A stretch of 63,649 bases of DNA, counting the filler, from Octopus bimaculoides (Eukaryota), in assembly GCF_001194135.2 (NCBI RefSeq). It is 6 parts of 6 records of this genome, joined end to end, with 100 filler letters (N's around TTAATTAATTAA, not from the genome) between each part and the next. Parts side by side here need not be neighbours in the genome. Positions count along the whole stretch, not along the records: positions 27,985 to 47,249 come from NC_069010.1; positions 47,350 to 49,838 come from NC_068984.1; positions 49,939 to 53,086 come from NC_068994.1; 3 more parts are not named here. One strand, 5' to 3'. Positions 39,605 to 52,377 of this stretch are shown piece by piece. The notes below the pieces were generated by a model that made no database searches, was not told the DNA's origin, and saw only the letters and a list, made by a program, of their open reading frames with translations. Position 1 is the first letter of the stretch; the number at the start of each line of letters is the position of its first letter. Position numbers and translations under genes: made by a program.

Positions 39605-40793
39605 TTATGTTTGACTTTTGTTTTGCATTTGTACAAGTTGGATCCAAGTCTCACCCAGAGACCTCAAGAGACAACAAGTTAGAAGTTCNNNNNNNNNNNN
39701 NNNNNNNNNNNNNNNNNNNNNNNNNNNNNNNNNNNNNNNNNNNNNNNNNNNNNNNNNNNNNNNNNNNNNNNNNNNNNNNNNNNNNNNNNNNNNNNNNNNN
39801 NNNNNNNNNNNNNNNNNNNNNNNNNNNNNNNNNNNNNNNNNNNNNNNNNNNNNNNNNNNNNNNNNNNNNNNNNNNNNNNNNNNNNNNNNNNNNNNNNNNN
39901 NNNNNNNNNNNNNNNNNNNNNNNNNNNNNNNNNNNNNNNNNNNNNNNNNNNNNNNNNNNNNNNNNNNNNNNNNNNNNNNNNNNNNNNNNNNNNNNNNNNN
40001 NNNNNNNNNNNNNNNNNNNNNNNNNNNNNNNNNNNNNNNNNNNNNNNNNNNNNNNNNNNNNNNNNNNNNNNNNNNNNNNNNNNNNNNNNNNNNNNNNNNN
40101 NNNNNNNNNNNNNNNNNNNNNNNNNNNNNNNNNNNNNNNNNNNNNNNNNNNNNNNNNNNNNNNNNNNNNNNNNNNNNNNNNNNNNNNNNNNNNNNNNNNN
40201 NNNNNNNNNNNNNNNNNNNNNNNNNNNNNNNNNNNNNNNNNNNNNNNNNNNNNNNNNNNNNNNNNNNNNNNNNNNNNNNNNNNNNNNNNNNNNNNNNNNN
40301 NNNNNNNNNNNNNNNNNNNNNNNNNNNNNNNNNNNNNNNNNNNNNNNNNNNNNNNNNNNNNNNNNNNNNNNNNNNNNNNNNNNNNNNNNNNNNNNNNNNN
40401 NNNNNNNNNNNNNNNNNNNNNNNNNNNNNNNNNNNNNNNNNNNNNNNNNNNNNNNNNNNNNNNNNNNNNNNNNNNNNNNNNNNNNNNNNNNNNNNNNNNN
40501 NNNNNNNNNNNNNNNNNNNNNNNNNNNNNNNNNNNNNNNNNNNNNNNNNNNNNNNNNNNNNNNNNNNNNNNNNNNNNNNNNNNNNNNNNNNNNNNNNNNN
40601 NNNNNNNACGGGTTTTCAAGCGCTTAGCTTTTTCTGCAGGTGTTTCTAGTTCGTCTAATTCTTTAATTTGTTGCAATTGGAATTCACTTAGATATTCCTT
40701 TGCCTGTTTTGCTACTGAGTAAGATGCTTTCTTGCTTTCATGTTTTAAGACAAGTTTTAGCATCCAGTCCTCAGAGTTTTTCAGATAGGTGTC

Positions 40794-40795
<2 letters not shown>
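39605..40795 (-). mobile_element. 5'-truncated R4/Dong-type LINE (mostly gap) between (TAT)n tracts
   Basis: DTYLKNSEDWMLKLVLKHE...KAKRLK is a post-RT R4-clade region. Confidence 0.65.
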
Positions 40796-40826
<31 letters not shown>

Positions 40827-43800
40827 CATTCAGTAGTTTTATTTCATAGCGTGCTTTCACTTCACTACCCAGCGCAGCTCTGTGTGCCTTGGGTATGTTT
40901 TGTGGTTTGCTGTGATGCTCTTATGTTTACTGTATTGAAAGTGTTTTGCGTAGGATGTGTGCTGTGCCCAGTAGTCCAATTTTCTGTGTTACATATGCTT
41001 GTTAGTCCTGGTGTTTTTGTTATATATTTGTCTGAATATTTTTTTATCATACCTAAGGCGTCTACTATGATAGGAATTGTTTCTGATTTTAGATTCCACG
41101 TTCGATTTACCTCTATTTCGAGGTCTTTGTATTTTGAAAATTTCTCCATTTCTTTTTGGAAAACGTTGTCATCTGTTGGTATTGTTACATCAATTAGAAA
41201 GCATTTTTTTCTTCATGATTTCTGACAACAATATCTGGCCTATTTGCCTTAATTTCTCTATCTGCTTTTATTGGCATATCCCAGAGTATGGTTGCTTTCT
41301 CGTTTTCTGTGACCTTTTCTGGCGTGTGCCTAAACCATCTTTTTCTGTTGTTGTTTCATAGTGTTGGCATAGCTTCCAGTGTATGTAGGTTCCGGCTCTG
41401 TGGTGTCTGTGAATATATTCCTTCTTAGCCAGGACTGGGCAGCCAGAGATAATATGATTTATTGTTTCTTGTTATGTTTCTTTTCATAATATGTTTTTGG
41501 TAATTTCTGGTGGGGAGGCTTTGGTCTTGTACAGCAATTAAAAATTCTTCAGTCTCTGCTTCAAGTCCTGAGCTTCTCAACCATTGCTGGGATTTTCCCT
41601 GTCTATTTCTTTTGCATTTACTTTAGCCCAGTATTTGCCATAAATGGGGCTTTTCTTGCCATCGTTTTATCATAGTCCGTTGCTGTTCTAGTTTTAGTTT
41701 GGATTTCATTTGTTTTATAGTCATTGCTTCTTCTTCTTCTTCTTCTTCTTCTTCTTCTTCTTCTTCTCCTTCTCCTCCTCCTCCTCCTTCTTCTTCTTCT
41801 TCTTCTCCTTCTCCTCCTCCTCCTCCTCCTCCTTCTCTTCCCCCTCCCCTCCTCCTCTTCCTCCTCCTCTTCTTCCTCCTCCTCCCCCTCCTCCTCCTCC
41901 TTCTTCTTCTTCTTCTTCGAACTTCTTCGTTGTTAGGCTGTATGACTTCTTGTTTGTCAGTTTCCTTAAATACTGAAAACAGTTTTTTTTTGTTTTGCTC
42001 GTGTTTTGTGGCTATCTGTATTAGTTTTCCTTGCTTCTGAAGTAGGTATTTTTGCAGTCCTATGGTGGTCATTTTGAAATAGTTTTACTGCTGTATAAGG
42101 CCTCTACCACCTTCTGTACGTTATATATATAGCCTTTCTATGTCAGATTTTGGGTGGTGCATCCTATATCCTGTCATTATTTTTCTTGATTCCCTGTCTA
42201 TTTTCATTAGTTCATTTAGTGTTCAGTTAAGGATATTGTAGTTGTAGCTTATAACTGGAACGGCTAAAGTGTTAATACCTATTATTTTGTTTTTAGCATT
42301 GAGCTCTGATTCAGTATTGATCTAACTCGTCTATAGTATTCTTCTGTTATTTTTTCTTTCATTTCTGTGTGTTGTATCTTACCTAGTTCATTGATTCCTA
42401 AATATTTGTATGGCTGGCTTTCGTCTAATTCTCTTATTTCATTGGTTTTATCTAGTGTTATTTTGCTACTCTTAACTGGTTTTCCTCTTTTCAGGCTTGC
42501 TTTGGCACATTTTTCTAATCCGAATTTCATATCTATTTCCTTGGTAAATCCATGTACTGTCTGTAGTAGTGTTTCCAGCTGTTTATCATTTGTAGCGTAT
42601 AGTTTTAGGTCATCCATACATAAAAGGTGGCTGATTGTTTTGCCGTGACATTTGTAACCGCATCCAGTTCTATTTAGCAAGTCAGATAAAGGTGTCAGTA
42701 GCAAGCAGAACAGGAGTTGAGAGAGCGTGTCTCCCTGGAATATTCCTCTTTTAATGGGGATGGCTTTTGTTTTCACGAATCCCTCTTTTGTTTGGAGCTG
42801 TAGCACTGTCTGCCATTTATTCATAGAATGTCTTACGTATTTTATAATAATTGGTGCCACCTTGTTTATGGCTAGTGTTTCGAGGATCCACGTGTGGGGA
42901 ACACTATCAAAAGCCTTTCGGTAGTCGATCCAGGCCATGCTGAGCCCTTTCTTCTTTCTGCGGCTGTCTTCATTTATGGCTTTATTGATCATTAATTGAT
43001 CTTTACAGCCGTATGAGCCCTTGCAGCATCCCTTCTGCTCTTCTGGAAACAGGTTGTTTTCTTTCAGGTGCTTACTCNNNNNNNNNNNNNNNNNNNNNNN
43101 NNNNNNNNNNNNNNNNNNNNNNNNNNNNNNNNNNNNNNNNNNNNNNNNNNNNNNNNNNNNNNNNNNNNNNNNNNNNNNNNNNNNNNNNNNNNNNNNNNNN
43201 NNNNNNNNNNNNNNNNNNNNNNNNNNNNNNNNNNNNNNNNNNNNNNNNNNNNNNNNNNNNNNNNNNNNNNNNNNNNNNNNNNNNNNNNNNNNNNNNTGTC
43301 GTGCCCAGGAGCCTTCCAGTTGCTTAGTCTTTGCAGTGCCTGGGTGACCTCTTCAGTTGTTATAGTGGTCCAGAGTTGCTCAGGAGCTAAGTTCGTTGTT
43401 TTAATAGTCCTTTTCTGAGGATGTTTCTTCACCGACCATACTTCTTTCCAAAATTCTCCCACTTCTTCTGCTGTTGGTGCTGCAGTAATTTCTATTTTAT
43501 TTTTGTCAAGTTGTTGGTAGAAATTTTGGGGGTTTGATTTGAACTGTTTCTTTTCTTCAAAGAAACGTTGGCGTTTCTCATACCGGCGGATCCTTTGTGC
43601 TTTGGCAAGTGTATCTTGCTTTAGCTTTTCTTTTACCTCAGATAAATCTTTTTTCTGTAATATCATATTTGTACAGTATTTTTGTTTTCTTTTTGTTACC
43701 TAGTAGTGTTGATTGTCTACTAATTTCGTTAAGAATTGACAGATCTTTTCTCTTTTTTTAAATTTTGTTTTGGATAATATATGCTGCTGCATATATTATG

Positions 43801-44465
43801 TCATTTAGCTCAGTGATATTGCCATTTGTTTCTGTGGCTATTAGTTCCGTGACGGTCAGGTTTATGCTATTTATTATTGATGTTGTTTTATTGTCTATTT
43901 TGATTTTTGGGAGATATAATCTGTGGTCCATTCTGAGATCTGTGGTTTTCAGTTCTTTGATTATTCTCATTTTTATAGTATCATAATCATTAGGTTTCCC
44001 TTCACTGTTTCCAGGTTTTAGATTTGTTTCGCCTTCCTATTCATTCATATGTTTGTCTGTGGTGTTCTGGATTGGTACTTTTTGTACATTATTATACATC
44101 CCTCCGGTTTGGGATTGTTATTTTTTGTTTACTTCGTTTTTATTGGAAATGTTACGTTTGTCTTCGTGTTTTACTATCTCATTGTTTATATTATTATTTG
44201 GCATTGTTGTGTGGCTACTATCTACATTTTCCTGATGTATTTTTCTTTTTAACTGTTCTATTTCTATTTCTGATATATTTTTTGCTTTGAGAATATAATT
44301 TCGTATGTTAGCTAGTTTATTAGGATTCAGTGCTGTATCCAAGTCTTTATTTAGGTTATTTTTCTTCCATATTTTATATGTATATGTTGTTGAGTTTTCG
44401 TTCTTTGGGTAGAGCACTGCTGTAAAATAAGCGTGTACGATTGAAATATATTCCTCACGTTATTA
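40827..44465 (-). mobile_element. Near full-length degenerate R4/Dong-type LINE (RT plus restriction-like endonuclease)
   Basis: SMAWIDYRKAFDSVPH, RGIFQGDTLS, HLLCMDDLKLY; RLE-region EKFSKYKDLEIE; 3'UTR abutting (TAA)n; N-terminal KLANIRNYI. Confidence 0.92.
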
Positions 44466-47200
44466 GTTCCTTTTTTGATCATTCCAAGTGCTCCTACAAT
44501 CATTGGTATTCTAACCGTCTTGAGATCTCACATCTTTTTGATTTCGATTAGCAAATCTTTACATTTTTTGAGCTTATCGAATTCCTTTGCGGAGATATTA
44601 TGGTCACAGGGTATACTCATGTCCGTCAATAAACAGACTTTATTGTTTTGAACTTTCACGGCTATATCAGGTTTATTTGATTTGATGGTCCGGTATGTAC
44701 ATACTGGGAAGTTTATGCCAATATCTTTACTAGACATCTGTACAATTGCCGTCAAATTTAATTACTTTCTCACTCTTAGCGAATAACTTTAGGTCGTCCA
44801 TAAACCACAGCTTGTTTACTTTCACCCTGCCTAGCATGTACCCCCACAGGCACCTTTCTTAGAACGCTCATTAGTGGTAGTTGTTGTTGTTGCCACTCCG
44901 TCGCTTACGACGTCGAGGGTTCCAGTTGATCCGATCAACGGAACAGCCTGCTCGTGAAATTAACGTGCAAGCGGCTGAGCAATCCACAGACACGTGTACC
45001 CTTAACGTAGTTCTCGGGGATATTCAGCGTGACACAGTGTGACAAGGCTGACCCTTTGAAATACAGGCACAACAGAAACAGGAAGAAAGAGTGAGAGAAT
45101 GTTGTGGTGGAAGAGTACAGCAGGGTTCGCCACCATCCCCTGCCGGAGCCTCATGGCACTTTAGGTGTTTTCGCTCAATAAACACTCACAATACCCGGTC
45201 TGGGAATCGAAACCGCGATCCCATGACCGCGAGTTCGCTGCCCTAACTACTGGGCCATTGCGCTTCCACCATTAGTGGTAGTATGCAGACCAAATATAGA
45301 AGAGGCGACAGGCTGTGCCCTTGAAAGATTCCTCTTTTGATATTTACCTCCTCCAGCTTATCTCCCCATGCTGTGAGTTCAATTCTCCACGTTGTCATTG
45401 AGGTTTGTATTAACTTCAGGATATTGTGGGAGACCTTAAGCAGTTTAAGGCATTCAATAATCCACGAGTGTGGGACCATGTCATATACTTTCTTGTAGTC
45501 CACCCATGCCATCGCCAAATTTTTGTGTCTCTTCTTGCAGTCAACAAAGATTGTCTTATCGATTAGTAATTGATCCTTCGTTCCTCTGCTCTTACGTCTA
45601 AAGCCCTTTTGTTCTACTGGTAACAAGTTGTTCTCATCTACATACTAATTGATGCTATGCGATATGATGGCAGTCATCAGTTTTCACACCAGTGGCAAAC
45701 AAGATACTAGTCGAAAATATTTCCAACCGCATGCCTTTTACTTGGGTCTTTCTGGCATAGTAGCGTTCTTCCTTTTGTCATCCAGCTGTCTCGCACAGAA
45801 GAATCTCCTGGGCAGAGCTGTCAAGTGTTTATGTCAAAAGCCCTGAACCCCATCTGGACCAGGCGCTTTCCAGTTAGGAATTTTCCTTCATTGTTCTCTA
45901 ATAATTTCGGTTATTCACAAATCTTCCTGCTGATATTCTCCACTCTCCTCTTTCAGTGCCTTTAACCACTCTGTTTCAGTTTCGTGTTGTTTTTCCTGAG
46001 ACCATATGTTTGACCAGGATCTTTTGCATTCTTCAGTATCTGGCACGACCTTTTCACCCTTTTCTTTCCCATCCAGTTACTGATAGACTCATTTCTGATT
46101 TTGTTTGAAAAGTCTGTTTAATCTGTACTGCCCAGTTCTCTGTTCATATCACTTTAGTTTATGTGCTTTAGCTTTCAACCTCTATTTTAATTCCTCAATC
46201 ACAACCCCGATTCCCTTTCTCTTCACCCCATACTTCCTCTCTATCTCAGCATATTTCTCTCGCTGAACTTCATTTCTCTCATTCCGTTCCAGAATATTAA
46301 TATGCTTTCTGGTCTTGTTAATAGACTGCGTTATTCTCCTTTTCCACAATGGAACCTTCAGGTTATGTTGACATTTACCTTTGGCTTTCGACCCAAACTT
46401 CAAGGGCTATAAAGATCGACATTTCATTCATCAGATTGTTGGTGTCTGAGATGTTGTCAGTCCTGATATCACCAGTGATATCGTTTATCTTCCTAACTGA
46501 GTTACTTTCTGTCTACTTTTTTAAAACCCTGTGTGAAAGCTGTGTTCACCAGGGGTCCAAATATGAATGATTTCATTTAAAATGGGTATCTATCCCTCGG
46601 TTCTCTCATCGCTTTCCTAATGAATAATCTCAGCCTCATAGTCGTTTTCTTCCTTTAACTCCCCTGCCATAGTTTCACTATCTCCATTCTCTACCTCATC
46701 CTTCTGTTCACAGATGGTCTTACTATTCCTAACCACCCTTCTCTTAATGCCTTCTAGTTCAACTGGCGATAACCATTCATTCTTTCTGATGCCCTTAGCT
46801 TGGTCACACAGATTTTGTTCACTTAATTCAAATAGGCCTCTATCACTCCATGCCCTGTGCATTCTCTTCTTATATCCTCCAACGGGTACTTCACTATTAT
46901 CTCTCGGATTACCCAGAAAGTATCACTCCATTACAGCAATATTTATTTCTTTCGTCCACCTTTCAGCAGTTCCTTGATGACAACTGAGCTCACGCTGCTC
47001 ACCCGTGGGGCACCCGCTGGGTGAGAGGCCTTCACAAGTTGTTCCGGGTTCATTCATGCCGTTCTCATTTCTATTTTTATTTGACATTTCAGCACACATG
47101 ATTAGGGTTAGTGAATTTTAGGTTGCACATCCACCAGCATTTTCCCTCGTGACACCACCCTAGGATACAGGATTCCTGTAATCCTGGTTTACTTTTGAGA
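44466..47200 (-). mobile_element. Second, divergent R4-clade LINE with an internal deletion, fused to the downstream element
   Basis: [66 protein letters not shown], then directly the RLE segment NKPDIAVKV...DMSIP. Confidence 0.85.
44882..45269 (-). mobile_element. Full-length SINE family C inserted in the LINE RT with a 13-bp TSD
   Basis: CATTAGTGGTAGT at 44869-44881 and 45270-45282; RT reads LPLM|SVLRK across the insertion. Confidence 0.92.
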
Positions 47201-47293
47201 GTTTCCATCTCCTAGTAGGAGTGTTCAAGCGTTATGATTGCTTCTGCCTNNNNNNNNNNNNNNNNNNNNNNNNNNNNNNNNNNNNNNNNNNNN

Positions 47294-47305
47294 TTAATTA
47301 ATTAA
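47294..47305. other. Artificial six-frame-stop linker in a 100-bp spacer
   Basis: N44-TTAATTAATTAA-N44. Confidence 0.9.
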
Positions 47306-47349
47306 NNNNNNNNNNNNNNNNNNNNNNNNNNNNNNNNNNNNNNNNNNNN

Positions 47350-47382
<33 letters not shown>

Positions 47383-48063
47383 TGCGTTCGACCCCTCTAG
47401 CCGATAACCGATGAAGAATTGGTGACCTTCTGTGTTTTCTGTCCGCCTGTGTATTTAGTATATGTTCGAGCGAGAAAGAGAAATGATGAAAAACACAGAT
47501 TTGTTTTACAGGATTTAAGATTCTATTAGAGCCATGATAAAGTTATACAATTTTGTACAAAATAAGGCTTGTTCTTTCAACATAACAGAAGTAAAGACCG
47601 GTTTTGCATTGCTCATCAAGCTGAGAGTTGAAAGAGATAAATTGCTAAGGGGAAAAAATATATTGCTGCGATGATCAAGCCATTTTACGGGACAGCAAAC
47701 GCTGCCGTTTGATCTGACAGCAATAGTGGTTAAATTTTCTTGAAATCATATCCCGTAATCTTAAAGCCGGAAAATAAATTACATTAAGAAATATGGTTCA
47801 AATACATTATGCCAGAAAATAAAATGAAATGATCACAATTGGAACGCTTTGACCATACAATTGTTACTCGGGGCTGAACTGCGGCTAAACAGCAATAGCA
47901 AGGAGACTATTTACTCCTGATGTCTTTTCGGCTCAAACGAAGGAAAGTGATTACTAAGTTGATCGGTAATTAACTGGAAATAGAGAATGCAAATGAAGAT
48001 GATTGCTCTTTGTCAAATTAACCATCTATCAAATCACTATACTGGAGATTAGTCTAATCATAC

Positions 48064-48159
48064 TTGGATAGAGTTTTGATATGGTATAATATTTTTACTT
48101 CTTTGGTCGTATACATTCCTAATTCTTCTATTTCTCCCGTAGTCTCATCTTTACTATTT
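48064..48159 (-). CDS. Possible downstream exon of the Slob-like gene (96 nt, phase 2-2)
   Basis: TTTATATTTTCGCTTTCATAG acceptor, GTATGA donor, open frame NSKDETTGEIEELGMYTTKEVKILYHIKTLS. Not phase-compatible with direct splicing from 49123. Confidence 0.35.
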
Positions 48160-48214
48160 CTATGAAAGCGAAAATATAAAAAGAAACAAAGATTTCAGAG
48201 CAGACAAGAAATAA

Positions 48215-48640
48215 TAACTTCAAATTCTGGCACAAGGCCAGAATGTTTGGGGGAAAGGTAAGTCGATTACATCAAACCCAGAGTTCAACTGGTACTTATT
48301 TTATTGACCCTGAAAGGATGAATGACAAAGTTGATCTCAGCAGAATTTGAACTCAAAACGTAAAGCCGGACGAAATGCCATCAAACGTTTTGCCTGGTGA
48401 GTTAACGATTATGCCAGCTCGTCGCCTTGAACAGCCAAGAAATAATAAATTCTACTATAAGTATAAGGCTTGAAATTCAGGCGAGAAGTTAGTCGATTAT
48501 ATCGATCCCAGTAGGTATTTAGTACTTATTTCATCGACCCCGAAGGATGAAAGCAAAGACAACTTCAGGGAATTTGAACACAGGACGTGAAGGCGGACGA
48601 AATATCGCAAAGCACCTTGTCTAGCAATTCTGGCAGCCAA
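48215..48640 (-). mobile_element. Two tandem SINE family A copies
   Basis: AATTTGAAC B-box complement at ~48345 and ~48571. Confidence 0.75.
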
Positions 48641-49122
48641 TAACGACAACTATATTGATAGAACTGTGTCGGTAATCAGGTCACCATCATGGCATGAGAG
48701 TTTTAACACCTAATGAATTAAACAGTTTTATGTGTTATTAAATGGCTCGATATAGCTATTTAAGTACTAACACACTGTCTAATGTCAAGCAAGTTATTAA
48801 ACAAGTAACAACTTTGAAACAAGAAATAATCATTATTGATAAAAAGTAAGGCTTCAAATTTGGGTGGGGAGGTTTCATCAATTATATTAACATCAATACT
48901 TAACCAACGCTTACTTTATCGACTTTGAAAGGCTGAAAGGGAGAATCAACCTCAGCTGCAATTGAACTTAGGTACGTAACGAGATGTAACTAAATACCAG
49001 AGATATTCTACTTCAATACAGCTTTTCACGTCTTTTAAAACAAGCAGGTGATATAATTGATAGTGTGGTAAATATAGTTTAAAAACGAATCTGTATTAAA
49101 ATATGAAATAGAACTAACGTAC

Positions 49123-49220
49123 GTTTGTTACTGCTGGATATACGCAGCACGTCATTTCATCGACTCTGGGGTAGGTGTCTTCCAGTTCCATACCTGTGGA
49201 CATCTCGAACAGAAGATGAC
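49123..49220 (-). CDS. Slob/PXK-like pseudokinase exon
   Basis: TCTCTTACAG acceptor, GTACGT donor; (G)HLLFEMSTGMELEDTYPRVDEMTCCVYPAVTN resembles the FGHLL(Y/F)EM..G.EL motif of slowpoke-binding protein/PXK. Confidence 0.75.
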
Positions 49221-49675
49221 CTGTAAGAGATTGAAAAGTTCAATAAAGCGTCTCAGCAATTTAGATGCAATTCATATGAAGAGTGGTTTAAAAATAAAGA
49301 CAGATAAGTAAGATTTTTTGTTTTTCTATTTTTTCTATTAAACTGAGGTTAAAATATTCGACTATATTCGACTACATGGATAGTTAGGGTAAATCCCAGC
49401 TGTTTCCTCTTGAGGCACATTTGCTTATTCTACTATTATAATCAATATAATCCATAGTAGCTCTGTTGTGTCTGGGGAGAGTCATTTTCTTATTGTGCCT
49501 TAAAATTTAACGCACTCACCGGTAAAATTTCCACTTATTTTTCTTTTTATTTTCCTAAAATTTTCGTTTCGTCTTGCAACCTTATCAATAGTCTTGACTG
49601 TCCCATAGTAACTGTTGTATATGAATTGAAACATACATTAAAATTGAGAATCATGGAATATCACCATCAACTTAC

Positions 49676-49785
49676 CAAACATTAAAATTGACAATGAATT
49701 ATCTGGTGCATCTGTTAGTTTCTTTCGAAAAAGCGGCGACAGGAGATAATGTTTTTGAAAGAAAATATTTTCAGTATCAGTTAAC
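49676..49785 (-). CDS. Slob/PXK-like pseudokinase exon (preceding)
   Basis: TGTTTCTCCTTAAAG acceptor, GTAAGT donor; (R)LTDTENIFFQKHYLLSPLFRKKLTDAPDNSLSILMF(G). The phase-1 end joins 49220 to rebuild MFGHLLFEM. Confidence 0.72.
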
Positions 49786-49882
49786 CTTTAAGGAGAAACA
49801 AAAGTATAAACATATTTAACATTTAATGCTATATTAAGNNNNNNNNNNNNNNNNNNNNNNNNNNNNNNNNNNNNNNNNNNNN

Positions 49883-49894
49883 TTAATTAATTAA
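49883..49894. other. Artificial six-frame-stop linker in a 100-bp spacer
   Basis: N44-TTAATTAATTAA-N44. Confidence 0.9.
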
Positions 49895-50492
49895 NNNNNN
49901 NNNNNNNNNNNNNNNNNNNNNNNNNNNNNNNNNNNNNNATATATATATATATAAGATTAAGAGGGAATAAATAGAGAAAGAATGAAATATGTATATATAT
50001 ATATATATATATATGTGTATATACATGCTTCTCCATTTCTTCTTCTCTCTCTATCTCTCTCTTTCACACACACGAACATACACACACACGCACATACACA
50101 CACACACACACGCACACACATTTTCAGGAATGACTACCAAGACATATTTTGTGTGTGCGTATGTGTGTGTGTGTATGTGTATGTGCGTATGTGTGTGTGC
50201 GTGTGTGTGTGTGTGTTTATGGACGGACCGATATATTTTGAGATTGTAATGGTATTGTCATACGAATTTGATATTTCAATATCAGATACGCAACGTTTAA
50301 TTAAGATTAACGAAACGGTAACATTAGAAGCAAACCAAACAAATACAGAAATAAGTAAATAAATAAACAATAATAATAATAATAATAATCATCATCATCA
50401 CCATCATTACTGTCATCATTATCGCCATCTAATATATATTATTTATGTATGTGTGTTATTATTATTATTATTACTACTACTACTACTACTAC

Positions 50493-50573
<81 letters not shown>

Positions 50574-50574
50574 C

Positions 50575-51381
50575 CAGTAGTTTTATTTTTATAACGTGCT
50601 TTCNNNNNNNNNNNNNNNNNNNNNNNNNNNNNNNNNNNNNNNNNNNNNNNNNNNNNNNNNNNNNNNNNNNNNNNNNNNNNNNNNNNNNNNNNNNNNNNNN
50701 NNNNNNNNNNNNNNNNNNNNNNNNNNNNNNNNNNNNNNNNNNNNNNNNNNNNNNNNNNNNNNNNNNNNNNNNNNNNNNNNNNNNNNNNNNNNNNNNNNNN
50801 NNNNNNNNNNNNNNNNNNNNNNNNNNNNNNNNNNNNNNNNNNNNNNNNNNNNNNNNNNNNNNNNNNNNNNNNNNNNNNNNNNNNNNNNNNNNNNNNNNNN
50901 NNNNNNNNNNNNNNNNNNNNNNNNNNNNNNNNNNNNNNNNNNNNNNNNNNNNNNNNNNNNNNNNNNNNNNNNNNNNNNNNNNNNNNNNNNNNNNNNNNNN
51001 NNNNNNNNNNNNNNNNNNNNNNNNNNNNNNNNNNNNNNNNNNNNNNNNNNNNNNNNNNNNNNNNNNNNNNNNNNNNNNNNNNNNNNNNNNNNNNNNNNNN
51101 NNNNNNNNNNNNNNNNNNNNNNNNNNNNNNNNNNNNNNNNNNNNNNNNNNNNNNNNNNNNNNNNNNNNNNNNNNNNNNNNNNNNNNNNNNNNNNNNNNNN
51201 NNNNNNNNNNNNNNNNNNNNNNNNNNNNNNNNNNNNNNNNNNNNNNNNNNNNNNNNNNNNNNNNNNNNNNNNNNNNNNNNNNNNNNNNNNNNNNNNNNNN
51301 NNNNNNNNNNNNNNNNNNNNNNCAATTAGAAAGCGTTTTTTTTCTTCATGATCTTTGACAACTATATCTGGTCTATTTGCC
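50575..51381 (-). mobile_element. 5'-truncated R4/Dong-type LINE spanning a gap, in (TAA)n
   Basis: The left edge matches the 3'UTR (CAGTAGTTTTATTTTTATAACGTGCTTTC), the right edge matches 41190-41250, and TAT tracts flank both sides. Confidence 0.8.
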
Positions 51382-51468
<87 letters not shown>

Positions 51469-51942
51469 TTATTATTGTTATTGTAGTCACTGCCTGGAAT
51501 CGAACTCGGAATTTTGGGGTTATTAGCCTGCGCTCTTAACCACTACACCATCTTGGTGCCAATTGATGGTCAATATGCATACTATACTATTTGTGTGAAA
51601 GGAAGGGCTGACAGGAAAAGTATGACTCTATTGTTTCTTCAAGCCCTTCTAACTGACGTCGGTATCGTGTGTGAAACCGATTGGTGTAAACGGCTGAAAT
51701 GGATCTATAATATCGTATTGTATAAATATTTGCATACCCGCTATTTTGACAAATATATGACTCCCTGTTTTTCTAACTTATGGATTCTTACACTATACAC
51801 GCACACGCACACGCACACGCACACGCACACGCACACGCACACATGTTTTATATATACATGTATGTATGCATACATATATATATACGTACATATATGTATA
51901 TGTACATATATGAATATATATATATATGTATGTATATATATC

Positions 51943-51982
51943 GGCCATGACGAAGGGAAATAGCCCTGAAACTCGAGTCGCC
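51943..51982 (+). ncRNA. Minimal type I hammerhead ribozyme motif, probably inactivated
   Basis: GGC-C(A)TGACGA-AGGG/CCCT stem II-GAA-ACTCGAGT palindrome-C|GCC, with one extra A in the core. Confidence 0.55.
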
Positions 51983-52293
51983 TTTATATATATATATTTA
52001 TATTTATATATTTATATATTTGATCCTTTATATTGAACACTCAATATTTCATCTACATTCAATACTTTCTTTCATGGTGCCATCCATTTTTATTTTATTT
52101 TATTTTATATTGTATATTGTATATCATATTATATATTGTATATTCCATATTCTATACCCCACATTGGTTCTGCAGGAATATAAATAAAACATAAAAAACA
52201 GACAGTGTTGGAACTCTTTTAAACAAAATAATATATTCCTCTATACACAATCATACAAAACCCCCCACCTTTTTTGTATTTATTTTTACTCGC

Positions 52294-52324
<31 letters not shown>

Positions 52325-52330
52325 CATACA

Positions 52331-52377
<47 letters not shown>

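Noticed and set aside
47100-47249. HDV-like ribozyme at the R4 5' end
   Set aside because: I could not build the nested P1/P2/P3 pseudoknot by hand; a descriptor-based search would be needed.
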